A DNA stretch of 55,668 bases from a virus. Taxonomy: Duplodnaviria; Caudoviricetes. The notes below the pieces were generated by a model. The model worked only from the letters and a program-made list of their open reading frames with translations, was not told where the DNA came from and ran no database searches. The stretch lies in the IMG/VR virus record IMGVR_UViG_3300025872_000070, positions 1-55,668 of that record. The stretch is one strand, 5' to 3'. Position 1 is the stretch's first letter. Every line of letters starts with the position of its first letter. Of the stretch, positions 16,529 through 26,329 are shown piece after piece. Position numbers and translations under genes: made by a program.

Positions 16529-17427
16529 TAGTATTTCATTTCGTAAAAGTAATCATTTATTTGACCCTTGAGGTCACAAACATCTTTATCTTTGGGTAAT
16601 TTAACAATTTTTATCTTTCCGTATAATGAACCCCCATTAAGTTCATTATAAAGTTTTTCAGCCTCTTTCCAAGCGTCCCCATCCAAGGCAATGATAATAT
16701 TCCCTTTAGATTTATTATAAATTGACTCGAATAAAAGGGTACTCATATGTTTTCCTAACATAGGAATACTATTATCCAAGAAGAATCCATCAAAAACTCC
16801 TTCAACTAAATAAATGTCTTTTTCCCAATCTATAAGTCGTTCATTAAATATGATTTTATCTTTTTCAGCTTCGGGATTTTTATATTTTGCCTTGGTGTAT
16901 GGTGCCCAACTTCGGGCAACATAATAATTGAGTTTTCCATCAATATCATAGGATGGTACAACTATTCTTCCTGAGTGGGAACCTTTATCACAAAAACCAA
17001 TTTGATATTTTTCAATTAGATAATCGGAAATTCCCCGATTATATAGGTAATTTATAGCACTTTTTCTTATTGGATAAACTTTACTTGAGTCTTTGAAAAG
17101 TGTAAAACTTTCAGGTAGTCTTAATTTTTGTTTAGGTTTTTCTTTAGGTTTTGTGTCCTCAGGTTTAAGTATTTCATAAAGTTTTTTTTGTTTTTTATTA
17201 CCAAACTTATCGAATAATTTGCCTATGTGTCCAAGGGTTCCTTCACTATCACCACAGGACCAGCAATGGAAAACTGACTTTTCAATATTCACTTCAAGAT
17301 TTCCTTTGTTTTTACCCTCATCACATATTGGGCAATTCCAAGAAACCTGAGATTGATTTTTATAAATCTTTTTAGGGGTCCCTAAAAATTTACTTATGAG
17401 TTCCACTACACTTTCGAATTCATCCAT
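16528..17427 (-). CDS. DNA primase (DnaG/gp61-like)
   Basis: Zinc finger CPIC..HCWSC, YLYNRGI, RIVVP, KYKNP, TOPRIM VEGVFD and LDGD. Confidence 0.9.
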   Translation of the reverse strand: MDEFESVVELISKFLGTPKKIYKNQSQVSWNCPICDEGKNKGNLEVNIEKSVFHCWSCGDSEGTLGHIGKLFDKFGNKKQKKLYEILKPEDTKPKEKPKQKLRLPESFTLFKDSSKVYPIRKSAINYLYNRGISDYLIEKYQIGFCDKGSHSGRIVVPSYDIDGKLNYYVARSWAPYTKAKYKNPEAEKDKIIFNERLIDWEKDIYLVEGVFDGFFLDNSIPMLGKHMSTLLFESIYNKSKGNIIIALDGDAWKEAEKLYNELNGGSLYGKIKIVKLPKDKDVCDLKGQINDYFYEMKY

Positions 17428-17450
17428 AACAATAATATATCATATTGTTT

Positions 17451-18176
17451 TTAAAGAATCAACTTACCCCCTTTTTTCAGATTTTCAATCGCACTAATCG
17501 GTCTCATATTAGTATAGTACCATAATTCATAAATTTCATTTTCATCTTTTGCAGAACATAGCGGTATTATATGGTCAATATGCCAAGTTGATTTTCCCCA
17601 ATTATCCCAAGTCATCCATTCTTCGAATTGGTATTCAATATGTTTTTTGAAATTTTCAATACTAACCCCTAAAATATCTTCAAGTCGTTTATTTCGTTTT
17701 TTTCTTCTAATCGAAATATAAATGTCGGTTTTTAATTTACATTTTAATTTAAAAAAAATATCATTATTTTTTCTTTCTTTTATACGTTCTCGTCTAGATT
17801 TTAAATATAGTTCTTTATTTTCTTCACACCATTTGCGGGATTTTTCTATTATTCTATTTTTATTTTTTTGATAATATTTTTTATGATATTCTTTAACTTT
17901 TTCAAGGTTATTTATGTAATATTCCTTACTTTTCAAATTACGTTTAACACGTTCTTTTTTAATTCGTTCCCTATCTTTTTTTAAATTTTTTTCGTGATTT
18001 TTATAATAATTTATTTGTTGTTTTTTATTAATTTCATCACGATTTTTATAATAATATTGTTCAGTTATTGGTTTTCTACACTCCTTACACAAAGTATTGT
18101 ACCCATCTTTTTGTAATCTATGTTTATGGAACTCACTAAATTTTTTAATCTGACAACACTTATTACATTTTTTCAT
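17451..18176 (-). CDS. HNH homing endonuclease
   Basis: N-terminal CxxC...CKEC, basic helical repeat, MTWDNWG..WHIDHIIP..YTNMRP..ENLKKG; start taken at MKKCNKC. Confidence 0.85.
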   Translation of the reverse strand: MKKCNKCCQIKKFSEFHKHRLQKDGYNTLCKECRKPITEQYYYKNRDEINKKQQINYYKNHEKNLKKDRERIKKERVKRNLKSKEYYINNLEKVKEYHKKYYQKNKNRIIEKSRKWCEENKELYLKSRRERIKERKNNDIFFKLKCKLKTDIYISIRRKKRNKRLEDILGVSIENFKKHIEYQFEEWMTWDNWGKSTWHIDHIIPLCSAKDENEIYELWYYTNMRPISAIENLKKGGKLIL

Positions 18177-18318
18177 TTTTAAAATAATCATCAATTAATT
18201 TATTTAAAAGTGATGACACATTTATATGCCTTTCTTTGATTTTTACATAATTTATCGGGTTAATAGTTATTGATATTCTAACTTTTTTGTCATTATTATT
18301 AATTTTATTCCTTCCCAT
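18163..18318 (-). CDS. small ribbon-helix-helix-like DNA-binding protein
   Basis: MGRNK..KKVRISITINP..INVSSLLNKLIDDYF; ATG at 18318 is 4 nt after a TATTTATA motif (18323-18330). Confidence 0.6.
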   Translation of the reverse strand: MGRNKINNNDKKVRISITINPINYVKIKERHINVSSLLNKLIDDYFKNEKM

Positions 18319-18439
18319 ATTATATAAATATATTACTTTATGTAAAAGTATTATTTTTTTTATTAAAATAAGTGAAAAATTACTTACCGTCAACCTTCAC
18401 AAGTTTTTGGGTGCCATTATATTTATGATAAAAATCTTG

Positions 18440-18655
18440 ATGCCAACAAATATCACAATAAATAATATAACCGGAACAAGTCCTTACGACATTTATATTT
18501 GTGATAATCCAATAACCATATGTATTTACATAACAACAACATCAACAATCCCTTTTTCTTTTGATGTTCCATCAATATTAGAATCTCAAAATGACTTTAC
18601 GGTCAAAGTGGTTGACGATAACAATTGTGAGATAACCCAAATAGTAATCGTATGA
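18440..18655 (+). CDS. small beta-rich virion-type protein
   Basis: [32 protein letters not shown]; paralogous to the N-terminus of 20545..21303; TATTTATG at 18420-18427 supports this start. Confidence 0.7.
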   Translation: MPTNITINNITGTSPYDIYICDNPITICIYITTTSTIPFSFDVPSILESQNDFTVKVVDDNNCEITQIVIV

Positions 18656-20541
18656 GTGTAAGTATTTGGAAATTAGTTAATACTGGTGGGACTACTTATA
18701 ACAACTTTAGTTTCACGGATAGTGCGGGTAATCTTAAAGTTTTTAACGTTGAACCTAATTCTTCACTCTATCAATATTATGTCGATGCTACAGACCCTGT
18801 TACCTCACAAGGTTCAGTTGTTGCAACAAGTTATGGTGCCATAGACAGAGTATTTGAATTCACTGGTTGTTGTTACAACGATAGTTTTTATTTCAGTGGA
18901 AATTCAACTTTGTGGCAAGAACATTTTGGTGGAACCATCATTGGATATTCGTATGGATTCATAAACACAATTTCATCATCAAATCCTAATAACACTTCAC
19001 AAGGTTGTTATGAATTGTTGAATACCGGAACTTCTTCTTCATATATTTTTAAAAGTGTTTTGGGATTATATTATGGTGCACCATATACTGGTTGTTCTGA
19101 ATGTTTAATAGAAAATCCCTGTGTTACCCCAACCCCAACAAACACCACAACTCCGACACCAACACCAACCATAACTCAAACACCAACCAATACTACAACA
19201 AATACTTCAACACCAACTACTACCCCATCTAATACCCCAACACAATCTGTAACTCCATCAATAACACCAACAAATACTCAAACTCCAACTACTACACCAA
19301 CTCTTTCTCTAACTCCAACAAATACACCGACAAACACCGAAACACCAACTCAAACACCAACCCCATCCTTCACTCCCACACCAAGTGAAACACCACCTCC
19401 TGGTGTTGTTTGTTTATATACTGATATTTGTATCTCAGAAAATGTGTTTGGTTATAGTGACACTTACACTAACTTAGGATTTTATAATTCACACGCTTAT
19501 TTCAGTGCGAATTCAAAAAATTATGTTGTGTATTTTAGTGCAACAACTGGATGGTGTTTATCAACAAGTTTAGGTGGACCTTGTTTATTAACCGGCGCTC
19601 TTCCTTGTTATAGTGATTGTCCTGATTTTTGTGATGACATAATGTCTACAACTATTTGTCCAACTCCAACACCTTCTCAAACCCAAAATTGTAGTGTTTT
19701 AAATTTCAATGCTCTTTTTGATTGTGATTATTCAGGTACTCCAACCCCAACTCCAACAACAACACAAACTTCGACCCCAACACCTACTCCTACACCTACT
19801 ATTCCTTGTAATGTCGGTATTGATGTTACAGGTTATACTTATTCACCAACTCCCACTCCAACTTCTACTTGTACACCAAGTGTAACTCCTGAAGTAACAT
19901 ACAATTGTTCTTTCACAGGTGATGTAAGTTTTAATACTATAGATTGCGTAATCCAATGTTCAGTTAGTCAACAATTCCAAGATTGTTATGACGGGAAAAT
20001 GTATTACACAACAAACGCAATTTCCAACCCTTCCTCAGGTCCAATTGAACAATTTATGGTATTTAGAGCAACGGTAGATGGTGTCTCAAGGTGTTTATCA
20101 TATATTGGTATAAATTATGAAGTTTCAGGTATAAATCAAATAACATTAAATACCGGACCTTATGGATATTCGAATTTGGGTGAATGTATATATTGTTCTC
20201 CTGTTGTTTCACAAACACCAACTACATCAATGACTCCAACTACAACTCCGACAAATACACCGACTCCTTCAGCAACCTTACCATTCCAATATTATGTATA
20301 TAAAAGTTGTAGCAACCCGAACAATTACGTTGTACAAGATGTTGTAGGTCCATTATATACAACTTTTTATCATCCATTAAGCTCACAATGTTGGACATTT
20401 GTTCAAACATCATTAACAAATCCAACTTCGGCATTACAATTATATGGATATAGTGTTTATCAAAACTTTGGAGGTAATTACTTTTCTACAATATCAGGAA
20501 CATATTTAACTTGTTTAGAATGTACTTCAGTCGACCATTAG
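18652..20541 (+). CDS. Cys-rich, Pro-Thr-linker tail/fibre-type protein
   Basis: 629 aa; small Cys-rich beta domains separated by (TP)n tracts. Confidence 0.7.
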   Translation: MSVSIWKLVNTGGTTYNNFSFTDSAGNLKVFNVEPNSSLYQYYVDATDPVTSQGSVVATSYGAIDRVFEFTGCCYNDSFYFSGNSTLWQEHFGGTIIGYSYGFINTISSSNPNNTSQGCYELLNTGTSSSYIFKSVLGLYYGAPYTGCSECLIENPCVTPTPTNTTTPTPTPTITQTPTNTTTNTSTPTTTPSNTPTQSVTPSITPTNTQTPTTTPTLSLTPTNTPTNTETPTQTPTPSFTPTPSETPPPGVVCLYTDICISENVFGYSDTYTNLGFYNSHAYFSANSKNYVVYFSATTGWCLSTSLGGPCLLTGALPCYSDCPDFCDDIMSTTICPTPTPSQTQNCSVLNFNALFDCDYSGTPTPTPTTTQTSTPTPTPTPTIPCNVGIDVTGYTYSPTPTPTSTCTPSVTPEVTYNCSFTGDVSFNTIDCVIQCSVSQQFQDCYDGKMYYTTNAISNPSSGPIEQFMVFRATVDGVSRCLSYIGINYEVSGINQITLNTGPYGYSNLGECIYCSPVVSQTPTTSMTPTTTPTNTPTPSATLPFQYYVYKSCSNPNNYVVQDVVGPLYTTFYHPLSSQCWTFVQTSLTNPTSALQLYGYSVYQNFGGNYFSTISGTYLTCLECTSVDH

Positions 20542-20544
20542 TAA

Positions 20545-21303
20545 ATGAAAGCTATAGACATATCACAAATTACGGGAACAACCTTTCCTTACTTTATTTA
20601 TGTCTGTGATGTCTATGGAAATCAGTGTGTTATAATAGCAGTAGTTAATACTTCGGTACCACCTTCAAATACTATAGTTTTACCACCCCAATTTAATTCT
20701 GCACCAGCAGTAGGTATAAAAGTTGTTGATAATGATGGATGCGAAAGATTTCATATCCTCTATTGTATATCTCCAACACCTGATAGTACACCTACACCGA
20801 CACCATCAATTACCCCAACAATAAGTTTAACTCCTTCACAAACTAAAACCCCTACTCCAACACCAACAAATACTAAAACTCCAACAAATACAATTACCAG
20901 TAGTGTTACACCTACAACTACCGAAACTCCAACACCTACTACTTCTGAAACACCCACACAAACACCAACAAATACGGAAACCCCAACAAATACTCCAAGC
21001 CAAACACCAACAAATACGGAAACCCCAACAAATACTCCAAGCCAAACACCAACAAATACGGAAACACCAACCAATACTCCTTCTGAAACACCAACTAATA
21101 CTCCAACTCAAACATCTTCTGAAACTCCAACACAAACCCCAACTCAAACTCAAACGAACACACCAACCAATACTTCATCATCAACTCCAACCCCAACACC
21201 AACTCAAACACCAACCCCAACAGATTCTTCAAGATATTTACTCCAAGAAAACTTATTCTATATCTTACAGGAAGATGGAAGTAAAATTTTTATAACACCA
21301 TAA
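20545..21303 (+). CDS. Pro-Thr-rich fibre/adaptor protein
   Basis: N-terminal beta domain, ~150-aa PT stalk, C-terminal [18 protein letters not shown] motif typical of phage tail proteins. Confidence 0.7.
   Translation: MKAIDISQITGTTFPYFIYVCDVYGNQCVIIAVVNTSVPPSNTIVLPPQFNSAPAVGIKVVDNDGCERFHILYCISPTPDSTPTPTPSITPTISLTPSQTKTPTPTPTNTKTPTNTITSSVTPTTTETPTPTTSETPTQTPTNTETPTNTPSQTPTNTETPTNTPSQTPTNTETPTNTPSETPTNTPTQTSSETPTQTPTQTQTNTPTNTSSSTPTPTPTQTPTPTDSSRYLLQENLFYILQEDGSKIFITP
20959..21065 (+). repeat. 42-nt perfect coding tandem repeat ([14 protein letters not shown])
   Basis: caaacaccaacaaatacggaaaccccaacaaatactccaagc at 20959 and 21001, partial third copy at 21043. Confidence 0.9.
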
Positions 21304-21308
21304 TCTAA

Positions 21309-21316
21309 TATTTATA
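21309..21316 (+). promoter_or_regulatory. TATTTATA phage promoter-like motif
   Basis: Exact motif 5 nt before the ATG at 21322. Confidence 0.55.
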
Positions 21317-21321
21317 ATATT

Positions 21322-21891
21322 ATGCCAAGTTTACCAATATCCCAATTACCCGAGCTAACAGCGATAACTATGAATTCTGAATTTGCAGTTGCTGATTCAG
21401 GAACAACCTATAAAGTGAAAGGTAGTTTTATAGGTTCAGGAAAAAATTATATATCAGCTTATGAGTCAAGTACAATTTCAGGTTTAGTACCTAATACCGC
21501 AACTCCAATATCAGCAACAACTATATCCGAAAGTTTGGGAATCACCATAAACAATGGTTCTCGATTTGTGGTATCTAGTGGTGGTACATATAATTTTCAA
21601 TTTTCACTTCAATTGATTAAAACGGCGGGTGGTTCAAACGAAGATATTTTTCTTTGGTTTAGAATAAATGGAACTGACGTTCCTTGGTCCAATACTAAAT
21701 TATCTTTAGCGAATAATAGTACGTATATAGTCGCCGCATGGAATTTTGTAACAACTTTGAATACTAACGATTATATAGAACTAATTTGTTCGGTAACAAG
21801 TTCAAATATAGAGATACTATCCGAACCTGGAAGTACTTCACCTACAAAACCAGGAATACCATCGGTTATTATAACGATGACAAAAATATAA
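21322..21891 (+). CDS. tail fibre tip-like protein with C1q/TNF (BclA-C)-like domain
   Basis: N-terminal LPISQLP tail motif; GTYNFQFSLQL..IFLWFRINGTDV..LNTNDYIEL pattern. Confidence 0.65.
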   Translation: MPSLPISQLPELTAITMNSEFAVADSGTTYKVKGSFIGSGKNYISAYESSTISGLVPNTATPISATTISESLGITINNGSRFVVSSGGTYNFQFSLQLIKTAGGSNEDIFLWFRINGTDVPWSNTKLSLANNSTYIVAAWNFVTTLNTNDYIELICSVTSSNIEILSEPGSTSPTKPGIPSVIITMTKI

Positions 21892-22053
21892 TTATTTTTT
21901 TATTTTCTTATAAACTTTGAACAATTTCAAACTTTGTTCGTAGTTTTTTTCTAAACGTTCTAACTCTTTTTCATTCACACCTTTTTCCGCGGCCTCATCT
22001 AATCGAATTTTTGATTCTTGGACTAATCGAGTTATGGTTTTTAAAAGTTTCAT
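21892..22053 (-). CDS. small helical protein
   Basis: MKLLKTITRLVQESK...; fills the gap on the opposite strand, with overlapping TATTTAT motifs at 22055-22066. Confidence 0.6.
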   Translation of the reverse strand: MKLLKTITRLVQESKIRLDEAAEKGVNEKELERLEKNYEQSLKLFKVYKKIKK

Positions 22054-22150
22054 ATATAAATAAATATGGTCCAATTAATCATTTAGAATAAGTTTTACTG
22101 AATTATAATTCTATAAAGATAAAAATTTTGGAGTGAGTATTTATTAGGGA

Positions 22151-23254
22151 ATGTCATCAGGTTATACAAACGAGTGTAATGTTGTCACCATATTCGAAAT
22201 GGGTGTTAGTTGTCTTACGGTAAATCCTAGCTCGAATTCTTCATCGGATGGTGCGGCATCCTTATTAATAACAGGAGGAACTCCTCCTTATACTATAACT
22301 TGGTCAAACGGGAATACAAATCAAAATATATACAATCTTGCTTCTGGTTCTTACTCAGCCGTAGTTGTTGACTCATTTGGTGATTTTACTGCAACAACAA
22401 CTTGTATTTTATCTTATAGTAATACCGAAGTTGTTACAATATCAAATACCGAAGAAACTTCAATTATTGAGGAAGAACCTTTAATTGTGAGCGATAAAAA
22501 AGAAATTTTAAGTACATCTGAAGAATCATTGAATTTTACTTATTCAATAAATCATCCCAAATGTGGATGTGATGGTGGTTTAGTTATTTCAGCGTCAGGT
22601 GGTTATCCGCCTTATCAATATTCTTTAACTAATAATACTTCAATTCAAAGTTTTCCGATTTATGAAAATTTATGTCAAGGAAATTATTTAGTTTATGTTA
22701 CCGACTCAAGTGGTAATTCTGTATCAAATTCATTTGTTTTAAATCCGCCTTCATTACCTACCACATATTCTATTTCTTTGAATACAACGTCAAATATTTT
22801 AGTCAACACACCAACAAGTTTTATCAAAACATATACAACTACATTTGTTGTAAATCCCACATTACCTGAAGGAGTAACAATAACTTTTGATTTTTCTCAT
22901 TTGAATGTGTCAAGATTTTCTCCGAATTGGAATGTATCTACAAGTGAATCAAATAGTACGTTTACCAAAAATGGAAGTGAAATACCATTAAGTTTTACCA
23001 GTTCATCAACAGGTAGTAGTGTAAATCAAAACCCCGGTTGTCAACTTGAGACAATATACACAAGTTCTTTGACTGAGAGTTGGTCTACAATTACGTTAAC
23101 ATCATCTGATATGATGTCGGTAACTACTCTATCATCGGTACAAAAATTAGAAGACATAAATTGTTATTTATCGGATTCGATTGATACATTTTATATATCA
23201 AATTCAAAAATCACAGGTTGTGATTGTTGTAATTTAATTAACTCAACTTCATAA
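22151..23254 (+). CDS. SprB-repeat-containing virion-type protein
   Basis: DGAASLLITGGTPPYTITWSNG..NLASGSYSAVVVDSFG and CDGGLVISASGGYPPYQYS..NLCQGNYLVYVTDSSG; TATTTATT at 22138-22145. Confidence 0.7.
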   Translation: MSSGYTNECNVVTIFEMGVSCLTVNPSSNSSSDGAASLLITGGTPPYTITWSNGNTNQNIYNLASGSYSAVVVDSFGDFTATTTCILSYSNTEVVTISNTEETSIIEEEPLIVSDKKEILSTSEESLNFTYSINHPKCGCDGGLVISASGGYPPYQYSLTNNTSIQSFPIYENLCQGNYLVYVTDSSGNSVSNSFVLNPPSLPTTYSISLNTTSNILVNTPTSFIKTYTTTFVVNPTLPEGVTITFDFSHLNVSRFSPNWNVSTSESNSTFTKNGSEIPLSFTSSSTGSSVNQNPGCQLETIYTSSLTESWSTITLTSSDMMSVTTLSSVQKLEDINCYLSDSIDTFYISNSKITGCDCCNLINSTS

Positions 23255-23270
23255 AAATAGTAAGGAATAA

Positions 23271-23278
23271 TATTTATA
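23271..23278 (+). promoter_or_regulatory. TATTTATA phage promoter-like motif
   Basis: Exact motif 4 nt before the ATG at 23283. Confidence 0.55.
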
Positions 23279-23282
23279 AATT

Positions 23283-25715
23283 ATGGCATACGTTTTGAAA
23301 AACACTTCAGGTTTAATCAGTACAAGAATAACTGATACTGGACGAAAAAAACTATCTGAAGGAACTTTTAATATTGCTTATTTCCAAGTTGGTGATAGTG
23401 AAGTTTCTTATAATACTTTACCAGCATCTTATAGTCAATATCAATCTTTTGTACTCGAGCCTTGTTTTAATTCTCAAAATTCTGCTGGAGCTCCACAATC
23501 TAATAAACAAAATATTAAATACCCTTATTTTGTTGATGGAAATCAAGGAAACACGTATGGTATTCCTTATATGGAATCAGTTGTGAGACCTGTATTTAAC
23601 GCCGCAGTTCCGAGAGGTTTCTTTACTTCAACAACAATTGATGATGTTACATATTGGAGTTCTTGGACTACTAATTATTATACTTTGAATTCTAATTATA
23701 TGGTCGATTTGACCAGTTTAACAGGTGGTACTAAAATCAATTTGATTTTTGATAGATGTAATGGTGATAGTGTTAGATTACCCTCAGTCGGTGATTTCAT
23801 AACAATTTATTATGATGGAAGTGGTGATACAAATTGTAATTGTACCGTCGCTGTTACCCCAACACCTACACCAACGTCAACTACAACACCAACTTTTGGT
23901 CCTGTTTCTCCTACCCCAACTCCAAGTGCCACAAATACTAACCCTTGTGAACCAAGTCCCTCACCAACCCCTTCTAATACTTTACCAATTGTACCTTCAC
24001 CAACACCAGCTTATTTACCACCACCACCCGACGCTTGTGTTTATAATATGCAAGGTTGTCATTCTATTTTAACTTATAGAATAGTTGCCGTATGTTTGAA
24101 TGAATTAACCTTGGATAGAGCAACACCTGATTTCAGTTATTTATCTACCACACAATATGGTAGAGTTTTTGTATACCCTCCAAATATGACATCTTTATAC
24201 GATGGATATACCCCAAGACCTCATTGGTATGATAATGTTGTTAATTATGATTCTGTTTGTGGTGTGGATACATTTGATGTAAAAGTTTGGAATATGAATA
24301 TTCCTTGGTCAGAAAGTCCCGCTGGTTTAGTTGAAACGTCTTATGATGGTTATACAAAATTTGGTTCAATAGATTATCTTGGTACCAAAGAATATTTAGG
24401 TTATATTTCTCCAAGTGGTCAAAGTGCCACAACTGAAGTTTATTTTTATAATTCATTTGACGATAAAATCGTTGTAAACCCCGAGGAACAAAAAGCAATT
24501 GCTGTTGTTCATTATACGAATAATACTATTGATTATTTTTATGGTGAAAAATTTGCTTTAGAACCATTTGACCCTCTTGAAGTAGATAATACTATAGGAC
24601 AAGCTAGAAACTTTAAAGTTAGTTTACCTTGGTTAATGTGGCATAAATCACCAAATTGTTGTAGTGGTCAAACATTCTATGTAGACCCAGCTGGTTTTGA
24701 TGGTTTAGATTTATTTCAAGTTCAGTATATTAAGTCATTAAAGAATCCTGATATGAATTATCCAGGTATTCGATATTACAATTTATGGGATACAAATCCA
24801 AATGATGATGGTTATCCTAGTCGTGTTGGTAAAGTATTTCCAGACCAAAAAATTATTGTTTTTGATGATGAAGAAATAATCGCAGCGATGTCTTATAAAT
24901 CAAACAGAAACTGGACTCTACCAGCACCAAGAACCTCATTAGTTACACCAAACACTTGTGGTATGGATAATGAATCCGTTCAGGGTATATTATCTGCAAG
25001 TACAGAATACTTGTATGTAACTTATAGATTAACTAATTCATCAGGTTTCACAAATTCATTACATTGTAACTATTATATTAAAACTCAAGGACCTAACATA
25101 ACTTGTAATCCAATAGTTTCTCAAAATGTTGCAGTAAGATTTGGTGGTGAATTTGGTTGTTTAAATTTCCAAAATTACATTTGTCCACCTGATAACACTT
25201 ATGGATATTTGGCCGACACATTTGAAATTGTTTGTCAAAAGGTTGTTGGTGAAAATAGACCTGACCCATCAGAATGGAAGATAATTGATTATACCTCACA
25301 ACTAAGTGGGTATACATCTAATGGATATATTACAGAAAGTGGATTAACTGCAAATACTTTTGTAATTACACAAGAACTTTATGATTCGGCTCCTTTTTAT
25401 GATTTAGGTGACTATATAAGTTTGACACCTTTAAACTACACAGGCACTTCATTGAATTTTGGTGATGAATTTTACTTTTATGGTAACATTGAAACAGATA
25501 TTCAAGCAACTATATATGAAATGAGATATAAAGTAAACTTGGGTCAAACAGAATTTCAAAATTCAACTAACCCTGGTTGGTCTGCAGGTACTGCCTCATA
25601 TATTTCCGAAATAGGTCTTTACGATAATGAAAAAAATCTTATTGTTATTTCTAAACTACAATCCCCTGTTCCAAGACAAGGAATTCAGCAGTTTTTGGTA
25701 AAATTCGATTTTTAA
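23283..25715 (+). CDS. virion structural protein, tail-collar/fibre-attachment-like (DUF3751-type termini)
   Basis: N-terminal ITDTGRKKL..G..IAYFQVGDSE and C-terminal ISEIGLYD..LIVISKL..PV; internal PT tract. Confidence 0.6.
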   Translation: MAYVLKNTSGLISTRITDTGRKKLSEGTFNIAYFQVGDSEVSYNTLPASYSQYQSFVLEPCFNSQNSAGAPQSNKQNIKYPYFVDGNQGNTYGIPYMESVVRPVFNAAVPRGFFTSTTIDDVTYWSSWTTNYYTLNSNYMVDLTSLTGGTKINLIFDRCNGDSVRLPSVGDFITIYYDGSGDTNCNCTVAVTPTPTPTSTTTPTFGPVSPTPTPSATNTNPCEPSPSPTPSNTLPIVPSPTPAYLPPPPDACVYNMQGCHSILTYRIVAVCLNELTLDRATPDFSYLSTTQYGRVFVYPPNMTSLYDGYTPRPHWYDNVVNYDSVCGVDTFDVKVWNMNIPWSESPAGLVETSYDGYTKFGSIDYLGTKEYLGYISPSGQSATTEVYFYNSFDDKIVVNPEEQKAIAVVHYTNNTIDYFYGEKFALEPFDPLEVDNTIGQARNFKVSLPWLMWHKSPNCCSGQTFYVDPAGFDGLDLFQVQYIKSLKNPDMNYPGIRYYNLWDTNPNDDGYPSRVGKVFPDQKIIVFDDEEIIAAMSYKSNRNWTLPAPRTSLVTPNTCGMDNESVQGILSASTEYLYVTYRLTNSSGFTNSLHCNYYIKTQGPNITCNPIVSQNVAVRFGGEFGCLNFQNYICPPDNTYGYLADTFEIVCQKVVGENRPDPSEWKIIDYTSQLSGYTSNGYITESGLTANTFVITQELYDSAPFYDLGDYISLTPLNYTGTSLNFGDEFYFYGNIETDIQATIYEMRYKVNLGQTEFQNSTNPGWSAGTASYISEIGLYDNEKNLIVISKLQSPVPRQGIQQFLVKFDF

Positions 25716-25718
25716 ATT

Positions 25719-26321
25719 ATGAGAAGAAAAATACTCAAAGAGTCACCAAAAGTTTTGGGACTTGATGTATCAACACAAACCATAGGTTGGGCGTTGTTTG
25801 ATATTCAAACTAAACAGCTTTTAGAACTTACTCATATTTCTCCAAGAACAAAAATTAAAACTGAAGATAAAATCGAAGAGTTGCTTTTGAAATCTGAAGT
25901 TTTCAAAACTAAGATTGAACAATATAAAAATTTAGGTATTACAAAAGTAATAATCGAAGAACCTCTATTAAATTCTAATAATGTATACACTATAGGAACC
26001 TTGATGCGTTATAATACTCTTATCACTAAACAAATTTATGATACATTAGGATTGGTTCCTGAGTTTATTTCAACATATAATTCAAGAAAGTTTGCTTTTC
26101 CTGAATTAGTAAAAGAAAACGATAAGAAAAAATTTGTTCTATTTGGTGGTTTACCCAAAGATATAGACAAGAAAATGATTATTTGGGAAAAGGTTGCAAA
26201 ATTAGAACCTCAAATAGTTTGGACTTACACTAAAAACAACACACTCAAAAAAGAAAATTTTGATATGAGTGACGCTTATTGTTGTGTCCTAGGTCAAATG
26301 AAAAAAATAAAAATCTGGTAA
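25719..26321 (+). CDS. RuvC-like Holliday junction resolvase
   Basis: VLGLDVST..IGWA, VIIEEP, DIDKK, DMSDAY. Confidence 0.75.
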   Translation: MRRKILKESPKVLGLDVSTQTIGWALFDIQTKQLLELTHISPRTKIKTEDKIEELLLKSEVFKTKIEQYKNLGITKVIIEEPLLNSNNVYTIGTLMRYNTLITKQIYDTLGLVPEFISTYNSRKFAFPELVKENDKKKFVLFGGLPKDIDKKMIIWEKVAKLEPQIVWTYTKNNTLKKENFDMSDAYCCVLGQMKKIKIW

Positions 26322-26329
26322 TTTTATTG

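Noticed and set aside
18287-18439. Extended N-termini given for ORFs 18287..18655 and 18163..18393
   Set aside because: They cross a divergent promoter region; downstream ATGs at 18440 and 18318 fit the motif spacing and paralogy
20760-21295. Alternative-frame and antisense ORFs over the PT repeats
   Set aside because: Stop-free frames are a by-product of low-complexity ACA/CCA repeats
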